This document shows, in pieces, positions 12,401 to 24,035 of a stretch of 64,000 nt of DNA. A program made the translations under genes and the position numbers. The stretch's first letter is position 1; every line of letters starts with the position of its first letter. Below the pieces are notes generated by a model, which saw nothing but the letters and a program-made list of their open reading frames with translations, had not been told where the DNA came from and ran no database searches. The stretch is from Pecten maximus. Lineage: Eukaryota. The stretch lies in the NCBI RefSeq assembly GCF_902652985.1, contig NC_047021.1, positions 16,864,001 to 16,928,000 of the forward strand, read 5' to 3'.

Positions 12401-15400
12401 TAAACACCCGAATTTCTGCTGTATTCAAAACATTTCAACAATTTAATTCAAACCAATATTAATTTCAGAATATTAATGCATCTTGATTGTAATTTCTAAC
12501 CATAAAAATACAAAACTTAGATTTCAAGAATGTGAGAATAGTGGGGCAGATGACGGGATATAGCTAGGCTTAGCCTACCACATTTAATATTTATAAGATT
12601 GTGAGAAGTCCCAAGAGCCAATCATGTATGCGACGAGAAGTATATAAAAATAAATAGATCTAGATAGATCTATAAATAAATAAGAATCAGATCTTACATT
12701 TTTTCTTTTAAACTTTGTTGTGTATAAACCGACATTAAGTACAAAGAGACTTAGGCTCAGGATGGTTTATTAATAAAAAACAAAACAAAAACAAAAAAAA
12801 CCCATTAGCTATTAGCCATTAGGTATATGGAAAAAAAGGGCCAATCATCTAATTTTCAACTGCAATTTATCCTCTTCATAACGCATAACAAGTAATATTG
12901 AATTCATATAATGCCTAATGCATTCAGATAAATAGGACAAATACAACGTTAATCAAGTTTTTAACTTTTTCCCCGCGAACCTGAAAAGGATATACATGTA
13001 TAGGCCTACATCGAAAATAGGCATAAGCCGTAATATCTTGTGTTAGCTTGCTCACAACATTCGGTAAATGTATTCTACGCTTTTTGTCGTGGTGGAGGAG
13101 CTGTTAAATACATTTTGCTAGAATTATTTTTGTATGTGAAAAAATCTCGAAAAAAAAATTCACATGAAATTCACATGAAATTTTTCACGTGAAATTCACA
13201 TGAAAAAATTCCCGTGAATTTCACGTGAATTTTTTTCACGTTAATTTCACGTGAAAAATTTCACGTGGAAAAAATATTCACGTGAATTTCACGTGAAATT
13301 TTTCACGTGTGAATTTCACGTGAAAAAATCTCACGTGAAATTCGCGTGAAGAAATATTGCCTGTGTAACACAAAGCAGACTACGTAATACCAGGTATCTG
13401 TAAGATATCGACATAATACAGTTCTTTGGAGAAGCCTTAGTCGCCGCCATAGCTGTATCCGAAACGTTTCGGGCACGGATAATACTGTATTGAAGTATAT
13501 CACAACGATTTTTATATCACTGTAAGCCATTATTTTATGAGGTTTTACTTATGCGAATCAAAAATAGCAGAAAATATGAAAGAAAAATACCACGAAGAGC
13601 AATTTTATAGCCCGATTACCGTCCTGTTTTACATAACCACCGTGTACATGATACACCGTACATATAACCAGTGTACGTACGCTTTGTATACCTGACCAGC
13701 TGGATGTGGTTAATAAGATTCCATTTCAAGTTGATCTCGCTTAAGATTACATGGGTAAGTTATACATTGTACGGTGGTACGTATATAGTTGTTGCTACCA
13801 TCCACGATAATTGCTATCGTCAAGGATGGTATCATTCAAAATGGTCGCTGTACCAGCCATATTGCACATGGATACAAATGTATATAATCTGTCTACTTTG
13901 ATTGGATCGCTAGCATACTTTATACGCAGTGGTTGGTTACCTGTTGTCTGTACTGTCATCATTCGTGGAGGTATACTTGGGGAAATTAATTACAAACAAA
14001 ATGTTATTGATAAAATCACGGCGACCCGAATATAGACAGAGATCTCTGATACGGCATTGTAGTTTGTTGTCCTTCTATTCCACGCACGGCGGCACTGTTG
14101 TTTGGTTATGGTCGGATAGAAATTCTACCGTACCAACTGACCAATAGGGTGATATCCAGGTCGTGAGACGCACTCAACACCAAATTATATCCATTTCTCA
14201 TAAATAAATTTTCAGCAAACTACGTGAACTTCCTCATCAATCTCAAACTTTACTATAGCTGCTGACTAATAAATATACGCTTTGCCATACAATCTGGATG
14301 GTCTATGTAGCCGGGAGAGACAGCCTAGTGGATGGAGGAAGTATACCATTAATTAGACTCGATTGTCTGCCTTAGTACCATTTCTCCCCGCACGGAAGCG
14401 CTCTAAATATACTGCTGCAAGTATGTTAATGCAGGGTACGACACGTAAATGGTGAACCGATTGTCATGAAAATAGACTTTGTATCACCATTTGCTGTTGA
14501 GGGCAAAAATACCTTATTACTCTGACAAGCTGTACTCAAAACGTAGGTCTGACCTCCGATTTGAAATAGTTTTTCTCTGGAGATAGCATTTTAATATTTT
14601 AATATTTTAATATTGTTTTAATATAATATTATATTATTCATATTAATACAGTAATACGACAATATCTATTGGTATTCACCTTACAAATACCGGAACCGTC
14701 CGAAACATATATCCGATATTTTCTGTCTATTTGAATTATTGGCATCCAAGAGCATCCATATTTTATCTAGGTAATAGATAAATGCCTCTTATAAAACCAT
14801 GTTCATGTTAATTTCTGAGCTTTCTGGTCTAACATACCACTTTAACAGCCATCCAGGTCCGGTACTTGGTACGTACCTACCAGCACGTATAGGTCATGAC
14901 CATAGTAATAGAAATAACATATTTATTAACAGAGACACATCAGGACATTTGCCCGTTGAATGAATGCCAATATCATATTGCATCTTATAAAATGTTTCAC
15001 CTGTTTTATGTTACACGATATATCGTAAATAAATGTAAAGGGGGGGGGGGGGGGGGGGGGCTTGTTTAAGATCATTTGTATCATGACATTGCGGATTACT
15101 TGTAAAACCTTTAATATCACAAAAGTAAAAAATAATTAAATGAAAACATTTGTCGTGCGTACACGTAGTCCGTCGTTAACAATTTACGTTTTCGACTTCT
15201 TCTCCAAAACAGCTGAAGCTTCAATGACCAAAGATCAACAAAAAATTTGAATTATATGATGCCCGACTCCAGGGGCCTGAGGGGCGGGACCAAAAAAAGT
15301 CAAAGTGACTATAATTTCAAAAATCTTCTTCTAAACTGCCAGATATGATAGAATAAAATACTCTTCATAGATAGAACGGTGGTAAGGTTCCTTACCAAAA

Positions 15401-18400
15401 GAGTGAATTTCATGCCCCTTGGGTCTCACGTTTGCCTATGGGGAGGTAGTAAACTTTACTATAGTTTATATGAGGAAATCACATTTTTGGCTATCATTAG
15501 TTTCATTTTTTATTGGAATTCATTCTAACTGGGTTAATATTATCAAAATCGGATTACAGCTTGATGGTATGCACACGTTCGCTTTGACCGACTCCCAGGG
15601 GCCTTTGAGCAGGAACAACTGAAATATTTCAAAACTCTGGTGACCGATAAGACCAATGGCTCTCTTGTTTATCTTTGGAGTAATGCTGATCTAGTACCGA
15701 ATTATATAGTATATCTTATGGAGTGAATATAATATGAATTATCATAAAGTATTACGATATCTGATATGTTTATAAGATATCCTTCGTAATTTGGTTAATT
15801 ACTTGATCAGCATTGCTTTAGGATTAAATGATAATTTGGCTTGCCATAAAAAAACATTTCTGCCGAGTGTCCCGGCAGAAATCGAACCCTGGTCTCTGGC
15901 GTGATAAGATACCAGAGCCAAAGAAGCATGCTCCGTCAGTTGAGTTACAGAGGGCCGTTACAGAGACCGTATTTAACATTATGTACAAGCTACACTAACC
16001 TACTCCTTTTAAATGTACGACCTCCACGTTATACATTTCGTCAGATTTTTTCACGGTTACACTCATGCAGGAGTTCTATCATATTATACTATGTATGACA
16101 TTTTCAGAAATCATGACATTTAAGTATGTATTTCCGTCTATGTATAAAGTTGCACCGTGATTTAAACCTATCCTAATATTATATATATTTTCTTTAAATG
16201 TTTTTAAAATTTTGCAAAGCTTTCAATCATTCAGCAAATACAGTATTATAACATTAAGAATTGTATTCCTAAGTCATTACAGTATTATTTTTGTCGATTT
16301 TGCGTGGCATTTGAGGCAGACAACTTTCTACTGAAATACAAGTTAATATCAATCCGCTGGATATACCTACCGCCTCCGTTACGGTAACACAGGTACGGGA
16401 ACCTCCATACATTTCCGAGTCCCACACAGTAGCCCACACAGGCCAATACAAACTCTAATTTCCCAGCCCAAGACTCCCTCTTGTCCTGTTCCCCAGTGTT
16501 AGCTTCCTGTCCCTGTGATTCATCGTCGTTCCCGATAGTCAGCTTCTCTACTTCGTGAACTTGGCTCATTTTACATGTGTGTTAACTTTAGCCGTAACAG
16601 ACTGTACGTTGTCGTAGGGCCCAGGTCTGTTTTATTTTATTTTAAAACTAGAACGTGAGAGTGACTTTAGTAAGTATATATAATGAAAACAAGTCATGAC
16701 CTTTAGATTTCACACCATTGGAAAGTAATTTGGCATATAATTCACTTTTTCAGTAATTCATTTCAGAAGATAAATTAATAAATCTGATGATCTATGTTCC
16801 CATACTTTTGCATACTTGGAATAGTATAACTCCAGTGCCTTGTTACATATAGTGCAATGACAGCAATTTGGCTAAATTGTGACAAATCACGCTTGGCGCT
16901 GGGTTTACATGAATATATTACACATCTAACTGTTTGTCCCTCGTCACATTGTCTGCATTACAATAAGCCTTCAACACTAGACATGCTACATTCAACGTAA
17001 AATTCAATTAGTGAATGACTCGTCCTTCGTTCGCAGATATGATTTCTTCGCATTGGTTTTTATTTTCTACTCAAAAGTTGTGTGATCGGGTGGCACGACG
17101 GTAACACACTTGTCTTTCATGTAGTCGGCTGGGGTTCGATTCCCTGACCGGAAGGTATGGAGTCGCCTGCCCGGCCACGTGGGTTTTACCCTGGTACTCC
17201 TGTTTCCTACCACGTGAGACCCCTCGCGCGCTTCCATCCGGGCCAACAAACGTCATTAACATAAGTTGATAAACCTTGTTTCGCAATTTTTGTAAAATAA
17301 AGTTAACATTTGTAATGTTGTTTTACAGACATCAATATTATATGTACCATCACGCTGCGTTTATCACCATTGTCCCTGTATCTGAATATCAAAACTATCA
17401 CTTAACTAGTTTTAGTGATGTTCAGGGATTCCTAGTCTCCTGTGAAGTAACAAAATACTAAGGTTATCTTCAATCATGTCATTTTTGGAGTAACTAGACT
17501 GGAAACGGCTGGACTTTGGTATGTTGCATATATATTTGTGTTAATTTTATCTTATTTAGATTTATGGGTAGATAATTGGCAGACTAGAATAAGATGTCGG
17601 TTATTTTTAATTAAAACTGAAGCAATGACACGTGTCACAGGGTCGTGACACACCTTTGGACTCAGTGGTCCGTATATAAATAAACGAGATGTTGAAAATT
17701 CCAGCCAAACCAAATTATGTGTATTGTGAACCAAAGTTGATCTTTTATTTATTTGTTTATTTTCATTAAACATTAAAATATTAAAAAGTATTTTTCAAGT
17801 ATTCTTCTGCATTGAATGTGTGAAAATATTTGCTTAATAACCGGTTGATAAGTTAAATATTTCACATCAGGCATGACAAAATGTTCCTGTGTATCACAGC
17901 ACAACCTCAATATTCCACGAACATGTTCTGAAGTGTATATCACGTTACATATGTATTTACACTTATGATTCCAGATTTCACAATTATAAAGGAATATTTG
18001 ATATACCATGTACACATGATTCATAATGGATGCATTTATCATTAAACGGCATGTATTACAACACATTACATTGCTATAAATCACACCATGGTTTTTATAT
18101 ATACTGATTTTAAGGCGAATAACGATAAAAGTGGATGTCACATTGTGTCAAATGTTTGTGTATTAGTTTAATGAATGTGTTCTAGATAATATAAGTATAA
18201 ATAAATATATGTATATGGATGATCCGTCCCTGGACTATAAACAAGAATCAATTAGTATATAATATTTGATATAATATTTACATTAATAATCATATAAACA
18301 CTAAAGAAAACCTGTATATATGATCCGAACGCAATCAATAGTTAATAGTTTATATATTAAATATGGGTAAAATAAAAAATAAAAAAAACAACAACAGAAT

Positions 18401-19954
18401 TTGACATTGACATTGTCACAATGAAAGCCTACTTCGTTTGTAAAACCATTGTTCAGGTTAATAACATTGTTAGTTTAAGGCTTACCCATTCTTTTATTCG
18501 AAATATCGTATAATCTTGGCTAATATGTACTTATAATAGCCAAAGTAATTGACAAAATTGGTTGGGGTTGAAACATCAACGAAAAATGACTATAAACTAT
18601 GTAGTTAGTAAAATGGAGATAACCATGACCTTTGATAAGTTGATATTTTATAAATTCATAGTCACGCCACTCATCCATCCACTTTTTCAGGGACACGTGT
18701 CGAACGATATGAATTTAGGTAATGGTTCTAAATACTAAAGCAATGTATGGTATTGTTTATATATGCTAATGAAATCATTGAACAACCAAAACAAGCATCT
18801 GTGGAATATCTTAATTGAAACTATGGAACAAACAGTCACAATGATATCTATAGGAAATCTGAAACGGCACAAAGTGTAAGATAATTCACAATAGATGTGG
18901 ATATAATAACAAAAGTTATATTAAACAATACTGTACGTTAAAACGTGGCCAGTACTATGACTGTGTTAATGCTATCAATAGTAAAACACAATATGGAAAA
19001 AGAAAATTATAATAGACCCTATTAGTCTTATATATCACAACAGTGAGTACGCCATCTAACGTGGATTTGGATTGTGGAATACATGTCTATGACTTCGTTT
19101 AAATTGATTTTCAATGTTGCTTTCAACGTTTTAGTATATGTTGTATGTTCGGCGTACGTGTAGTATTATCTTTTTGATGAAATAAATAAATTGTTGAAAC
19201 ATACATTGAAATAGCTCATAACACTGCTCAAAACCGCATGGTTTCCTTTTAGGTAAAGTTGATATTGAACACTAAATTACATTTCAGTTTTATATTGAAT
19301 ATTTCAGGGGGAATATATCTAAATAATCATTTATTATTTTAAAAAAACTTCACTCAAACTAACGCTACCTAAGGATGCAACAATTTAGATATAATTTGAT
19401 GTGAAATAATATATATATCGATCTTACACCGGTAGCATTACATCTTACAATAAGGTAATTAAGATATGCTAGGAACTTTATTTGTATGATAAATAGTAAC
19501 AATTACGAATAACCAGTTAGTATGTATTAACATTAAATTCTTTGTTTCATTTTCGGATTCTTTTCTCGAAATGTTATTATTTCGATCAAAACATTTCAGC
19601 GATGTTCTTAAAATCGTTTTCCGTGAGTTTTGACTCATCCTTAAATGAAAATAGAGACAAATGATTTTGTTATTGTGTATACATACCTCCTCCATTTTTG
19701 TAACAGAGATAAGGAAATCTCCAAACGTTCCCTAGGCCGACACACTGACCAATACAAGAAAGGATAAACTCTATCTTGTCGTTCCATGTTTCCCGTTCCT
19801 CGCTTGAATCAAGTTTCAGCTCCACCGGACGAGAATTTGGAGTCTGTGGTGATTGGCCGCTGGAGTTTGCCGTAAGGCTTGTCCTTTCATTGTTCGGAGC
19901 TTGTTGCTGCAATTCTTTGTCTTGCTGTTGTGGAATATTTTTCTCGTTTTCCAT
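331..19954 (-). CDS. slc6a1: Sodium- and chloride-dependent GABA transporter 1-like (SLC6/NSS family); multi-exon gene whose 3' part lies beyond the left edge
   Basis: Hand-spliced exons 19687-19954 or 16371-16569, then 4954-5085, 4075-4390, 3513-3645, 3090-3224, 1568-1671 and 331-455. All are GT-AG and phase-compatible. Motifs [45 protein letters not shown] (matches GAT1 TM6 as I recall it) and [14 protein letters not shown]. Confidence 0.9.
1568..1671 (-). CDS. slc6a1: GAT1-like exon 6 (TM6: [34 protein letters not shown])
   Basis: tttag|GTA acceptor, AA|gtaagt donor, 104 nt. Confidence 0.95.
2262..2385. repeat. About 3 diverged copies of a ~42-bp unit (gatgggacataacatt...gtctgtatacgacaacgg)
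   Basis: Direct repeats visible in the sequence. Confidence 0.6.
3090..3224 (-). CDS. slc6a1: GAT1-like exon 5 (TM5: [45 protein letters not shown])
   Basis: ttgcag|GTT acceptor, GGG|gtaaac donor, 135 nt. Confidence 0.95.
3413..3543 (-). repeat. Three tandem 44-bp copies of the exon 4 3' end plus splice donor
   Basis: ATCTGGAAGGGTAT...AAAG|GTAGG repeated with period 44; exon-end positions 3513, 3469 and 3425. Confidence 0.85.
3513..3645 (-). CDS. slc6a1: GAT1-like exon 4 (TM4: [44 protein letters not shown])
   Basis: ttttag|A acceptor, AAG|gtaggc donor, 133 nt. Confidence 0.95.
4075..4390 (-). CDS. slc6a1: GAT1-like exon 3 (TM3 + extracellular loop 2)
   Basis: tccag|GT acceptor, GA|gtgagt donor, 316 nt; [23 protein letters not shown]...[15 protein letters not shown]...SPVREYW. 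Confidence 0.95.
4954..5085 (-). CDS. slc6a1: GAT1-like exon 2 (TM2: [43 protein letters not shown])
   Basis: cccag|GG acceptor (phase 1), G|gtaat donor, 132 nt. Confidence 0.95.
5162..5300. other. Assembly gap
   Basis: Run of N. Confidence 1.
5850..6950. repeat. 21-bp minisatellite (attgtcattggYgtcgctRYt), ~52 copies, intronic
   Basis: Regular 21-nt periodicity; produces spurious ORFs on both strands. Confidence 0.97.
8125..8510 (+). mobile_element. Degenerate Helentron/HINE-like non-autonomous element fragment
   Basis: aacaaatggcccagagggcc...cacctg 5' hairpin motif resembles mollusc HINE-type repeats (recognition from memory). Confidence 0.4.
9338..11920 (+). mobile_element. 5'-truncated CR1-clade LINE (reverse transcriptase ORF2), inactivated
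   Basis: RT motifs [41 protein letters not shown]. One in-frame TAA at 10145-10147; MITE insertion at 10783-11423; natural stop at 11799; (TCTTA)n tail ending 11920. Confidence 0.93.
10783..11423. mobile_element. 641-bp foldback MITE with TATGG..CCATA termini and 6-bp TSD GGAATT (IS3EU-like non-autonomous element)
   Basis: TIR tatggggcgccgttttact(t/a)tttattcccatttggtgatatcacctattcaa; TSD at 10777-10782 and 11424-11429. Removing the element restores LINE frame [14 protein letters not shown]. Confidence 0.9.
15130..15670 (-). mobile_element. Helentron/HINE-like element with diverged internal repeats
   Basis: gtccgtcgttaacaattt...gacttcttctccaaaac motif; repeated ccaggggcc; ends ggtgaccgataagaccaatggctctcttgttt. 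Confidence 0.5.
16371..16569 (-). CDS. slc6a1: GAT1-like proximal first coding exon 1b (MSQVHEV...[36 protein letters not shown])
   Basis: aaaATG start; intact 199-nt frame; phase-1 donor G|gtaggt. Confidence 0.9.
17083..17305 (+). mobile_element. tRNA-derived SINE with V-domain-like core
   Basis: A box ggtggcacgacggtaa; B box ggttcgattccc; core gtgggttttaccctggtactcctgtttcctaccac; 3' part recurs at ~57295-57385. Confidence 0.75.
19687..19954 (-). CDS. slc6a1: GAT1-like distal first coding exon 1a (MENEKNIP...[36 protein letters not shown])
   Basis: caaaATG start; intact 268-nt frame; phase-1 donor G|gtatgt. Confidence 0.9.
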
Positions 19955-22900
19955 TTTGTAGATTGAAACTTAATCAAACGTTCTTATCATTACTCAAAAC
20001 CAAAATGTGAAAAATAAAAACGGAAGTCGTCACCAGATCCGGATCTTTTAGAAATATAAGAAATTTGTAGATATCAATTGCGTAAAACTTTCTCCTGTTG
20101 TAACAAAACGCATCACTGATCGGTAGCTCTATACAGATGCTGTCTCCTTCATCAGAAATAATATCCCTCCAAAGTAGCACGATCTTTCAGCAAATAAGCA
20201 ATACAGATTATTGTAATTCTCCAAAATAGTTCGCACTGGATGAAACATCGAAAAAAATTGTCAGAATTTATCCTTGAGCTTTCCTGTTTCTGTTCCCAGT
20301 TAGGTAATATTTACATAAATAAGTGCTTGTCTAAAACAGGTTTGTGGCAGAGTGCACAAAACCCTATTCTGATGCCAATGCGACAAATGTCCGTCAGATA
20401 TTTGTACAGAAAGATTTGGGTTATTAGATCAGAGAGGAAAGGTCCCAACAGTTTAATTCGCGACGTTATGAAACAGAATTGTATTGATAAACAGTTGTGA
20501 TTATATTTTATAAAATTGCTGTCAGTAACAGCCATCAGTTGTTATTGCCAAACTCTTAATAAAGTCGCAACAAATCGGCGGAAATACCAATAAATCGTTC
20601 AGAGGAAGCCAAATTAATTCCGGATTTACACGCCGCTCATTTCGGTGTATCGAAATGTCATTTTGAGAAGTGGACTGTGGAGGGAAAATCGCTAGCTGTT
20701 ACGGCAAAGGGTTATTGACAGCTGTGTATCTAATTTGCAAGGTCTCAGCAGGCCGCTCTAGAACATACGTTTTACTGATTGAATCGTATTGAATTAAATA
20801 CGTGCAAAATCCGAAATACCGTTATCCGACAAATACGACTTCTAGGTTGCATAAATTGTCACCAATTTTCTGCAAGCTAGCAAAAACATTTAATCAAAAC
20901 TTCTGGAATCTGTATAATTCATATCAGTATGTGTACACGTCATGTTCTTCAATTGTTTTACACCGTACTATAAAATGGTACTAGTACTCGAATCCATTAC
21001 AATCAATCTGTAAAGGATTCTTCATCAATTCCTCTTTCAGGATATCGTAATTGTGCCTAATCGAAATTGATACAAAGCTTTTTATTTTGTATGCAAGTCT
21101 CTGCATGTTTTAATATTGTTGTAAAGAAATCCATTTAATTAAACTATTCAGCTGTATCTTTAAAGTGTGAATGTATTCAGCAAAATAAGGCAAAGTTTGA
21201 TTATAACTTCCATGTGACTAGCGTGCGTGTGTGCAGGTTTGTTTCTAGTACAGAAGTTAATTTGATGCTTTAATTGAACTGTAAACGCGGATGTGTCACT
21301 GCCAAACAAAAGTCTTTGTGCGCCTACTGCTGAAGAAATGAATCGGCACCGCTAGCAAAATTACAACATGGAGAGAATGGTCTTTATGAATTATACTATT
21401 AAAATCACATGTTGAACCATCTGCGATAGCAGCAACTTCGCATAGACGGAATTAAAAATTGTTTGATGTGGGAGTAGCAGGTCGTCAATACACCATTATT
21501 TGGACATCGTGATCTCATTCGATAGAACAGTATCTCCTGATACAATGTAACGTTAGATGTGTTCGATGGCGATTGATAAAAAATGGTTACGTTGTCATCA
21601 TTTATCTTGAGAGCATGACGTTACCAGAATTTGACCTAGTTTTACATGGTCGTCAATGATGCACAGACACTTTCGTAACATCCGATCTTATTATCTGTGG
21701 ATATTTCCAAGGCTTCCCATGTAAATCTATTTTGTTTTTACCTCTGTCTGCATCAAAGACGATCGACTGTTCTACATTAAAGATAAATAACAGTCCCAGT
21801 TGGATTGTACAAACAAAAAGCAAAAACAACAATAAGACATTTAAAGGCGAATATATGCGCAGATTGATAGATAAACCGTCATTATACAGCTGGTTCATCC
21901 TATCGTGACTCCTCAGTTTGTCTTCGTAGTGTCAACGTTTTAACGTATGATGCATAAAAAACAAAAAGTATTCATGACATTCATAATCGTAATTACGATC
22001 ACCAACAACATACAAGACGAGATTTGTCCTCATTTTCAAATCCTAGTAACTCTTCACGTGTAAGATACGGCGAATTAGAACAAGCAAAACGGTCAAAACA
22101 TGTTAAAAATGTTAATGTAAACATTTTTCAAAACATTTTAAGGAACATTTAGGAAGAGAAAGCAGATTGGAACCGATTTCTTATCTTTAGCTTTATTTTT
22201 ACTATTCTTGGGAGAAACTATGTAATTGATTGAATTTTGTTACAGATGATTATAGATGATTACCAGTTACTGAAAAATACCTTTTAACACTTTTAAAGAC
22301 CTATGTCCCACTTAGTCAATATAGCGTGCAACTTCCTCGGTTTAAGAATAAGCTTGGCTCTTATTTGTGCAACATACATGTAGTTTCCTTCAAGATTTTT
22401 CATTAAAAATGTAGGATTCCGATGCATGTGTTACTTTAACAAGCGGCTGTTGCAAAACCTTTTCACTAAGATCAAGAGTTTAAGAGTAAAACAAGTACCA
22501 GTCCATTCGTATAGATTAAGCCGAAAATAATGCGTTTTCTTCATTATATAAAAACGCACATAACAGCCAAAATGGGAATCGTCATTTTAGATCACCAAAG
22601 ACATGCACGTGAATGTATGTAGTAAAATATTTATTTAACAATCACTGTAAAAATGGAAAACAAACTCAAGCAGGCAGGAAGACGGGCATAAAGATATATA
22701 TGTAAACATATTCACAGAATAATCGTTAACATATATACATCGGCAGCAGCAGCATCATCTATAGAATGTGCGAGTGGCTTCCTTTAAGTGAGTTACAACT
22801 GGCTGTCATACGTAAATAAATGGCCATTTCAAAAATTATTGTTTCTTCTCTTTCAGTCAATCACTTATGAGACAGCACGCTAGAAAATCACATTGCTGTC

Positions 22901-23221
22901 CTTAACACTGAATATTTGCTCAGCTTATCAAATCAAACAATGCCCTTATCACCAAATATTGAAAAGGTGAATTATCTGTCAGCGAATATATGGTGTTTTT
23001 TCTCCTTTCATCACGGACTCAATGGTCACCTTGAAATATCTGCCATTGTCCTATCATTGAAAGTATAGGGGTTTTAGTCTTATAGCACATCTGACACCTA
23101 TATCACAGCAATATCCCCTCCCTTTTTATGTGAGGGAACAAATAGATAACATATCCACATTAAAATTCCTATTGAATAGTCTAATATCTTACATATAATA
23201 TGTCCTGATGTGCTTGTCAGT

Positions 23222-23773
23222 GAATATTGGTCATCCTCTGATAGGTGGTTTATGATACATGTACAATGTTGGTCATCCTCTGATAGGTGGTTTATGATAC
23301 ATGTACAATGTTGGTCATCCTCTGATAGGTGGTTTATGATACATGTACAATGTTGGTCATCCTCTGATAGGTGGTTTAGGATACATGTACAATATTGGTC
23401 ATCCTCTGATAGGTGGTTTATGATACATGTACAATATTGGTCATCCTCTGATAGGTGGTTTAGGATACATGTACAATATTGGTCATCCTCTGATAGGTGG
23501 TTTAGGATACATGTACAATATTGGTCATCCTCTGATAGGTGGTTTATGATACATGTACAATATTGGTCATCCTCTGATAGGTGGTTTAGGATACATGTAC
23601 AATATTGGTCATCCTCTGATAGGTGGTTTATGATACATGTACAATATTGGTCATCCTCTGATAGGTGGTTTATGATACATGTACAATATTGGTCATCCTC
23701 TGATAGGTGGTTTAGGATACATGTACAATATTGGTCATCCTCTGATAGGTGGTTTAGGATACATGTACAATGT
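23222..23773. repeat. 42-bp minisatellite (tattggtcatcctctgataggtggtttaKgatacatgtacaa), ~13 copies
   Basis: 42-nt periodicity. Confidence 0.97.
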
Positions 23774-23864
23774 TAATACAATGATGAACCTTAATTTGCA
23801 TTTCAAATTTATCAATGTCAGGATATCGTTGTAATTAATCAAACGTTTATTACACTTTTCCTGA

Positions 23865-24035
23865 TCATTTGATTTCTGCGGGGATTTTTAAGATTGCTCT
23901 TGCATCCCCTGGCGTGGCCTTCTTCAGTTGGATTTCTCTGAGGGTATTATTCACCTCCGCCTTTCGATGATAGTCCCAAGACAACTGAAGTTCCAGGTTC
24001 TTTTTCAGGTCGTAATCGGAAGGGTAAGGATATGT
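23865..24035 (-). CDS. cnbd2: CNBD2-like exon 18 (TYPYPSDYDLKKNLELQLSWDYHRK...EIK*)
   Basis: tgtag|ACA acceptor; TGA at 23865-23867; AATAAA at 23846-23851 on the minus strand. Confidence 0.8.
   Translation of the reverse strand, partial: TYPYPSDYDLKKNLELQLSWDYHRKAEVNNTLREIQLKKATPGDARAILKIPAEIK

Larger units (their letters stand above)
6961..13365. mobile_element. Putative non-autonomous DNA transposon with subterminal TTCACRTGAA palindrome arrays (CMC/EnSpm-like architecture); hosts the CR1 insertion
   Basis: Arrays of ttcacgtgaa/ttcacatgaa at 6977-7035 and 13159-13350; ends cattg...ctgtg are only loosely inverted; no clear TSD. Confidence 0.45.

Noticed and set aside
15865-15960. tRNA-like B box (ggttcgatttc) on the minus strand; a similar one at ~36330-36400
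   Set aside because: No complete cloverleaf; SINE-like fragments rather than tRNA genes.
16371-19954. Exons 1a and 1b as consecutive exons, or as two complete tandem genes
   Set aside because: Joining them would duplicate TM1 and no in-frame acceptor is evident; no second set of downstream SLC6 exons lies between them.
23210-23776. 188-aa repetitive ORF WSSSDRWFMIHVQY
   Set aside because: Translation of the 42-bp minisatellite.
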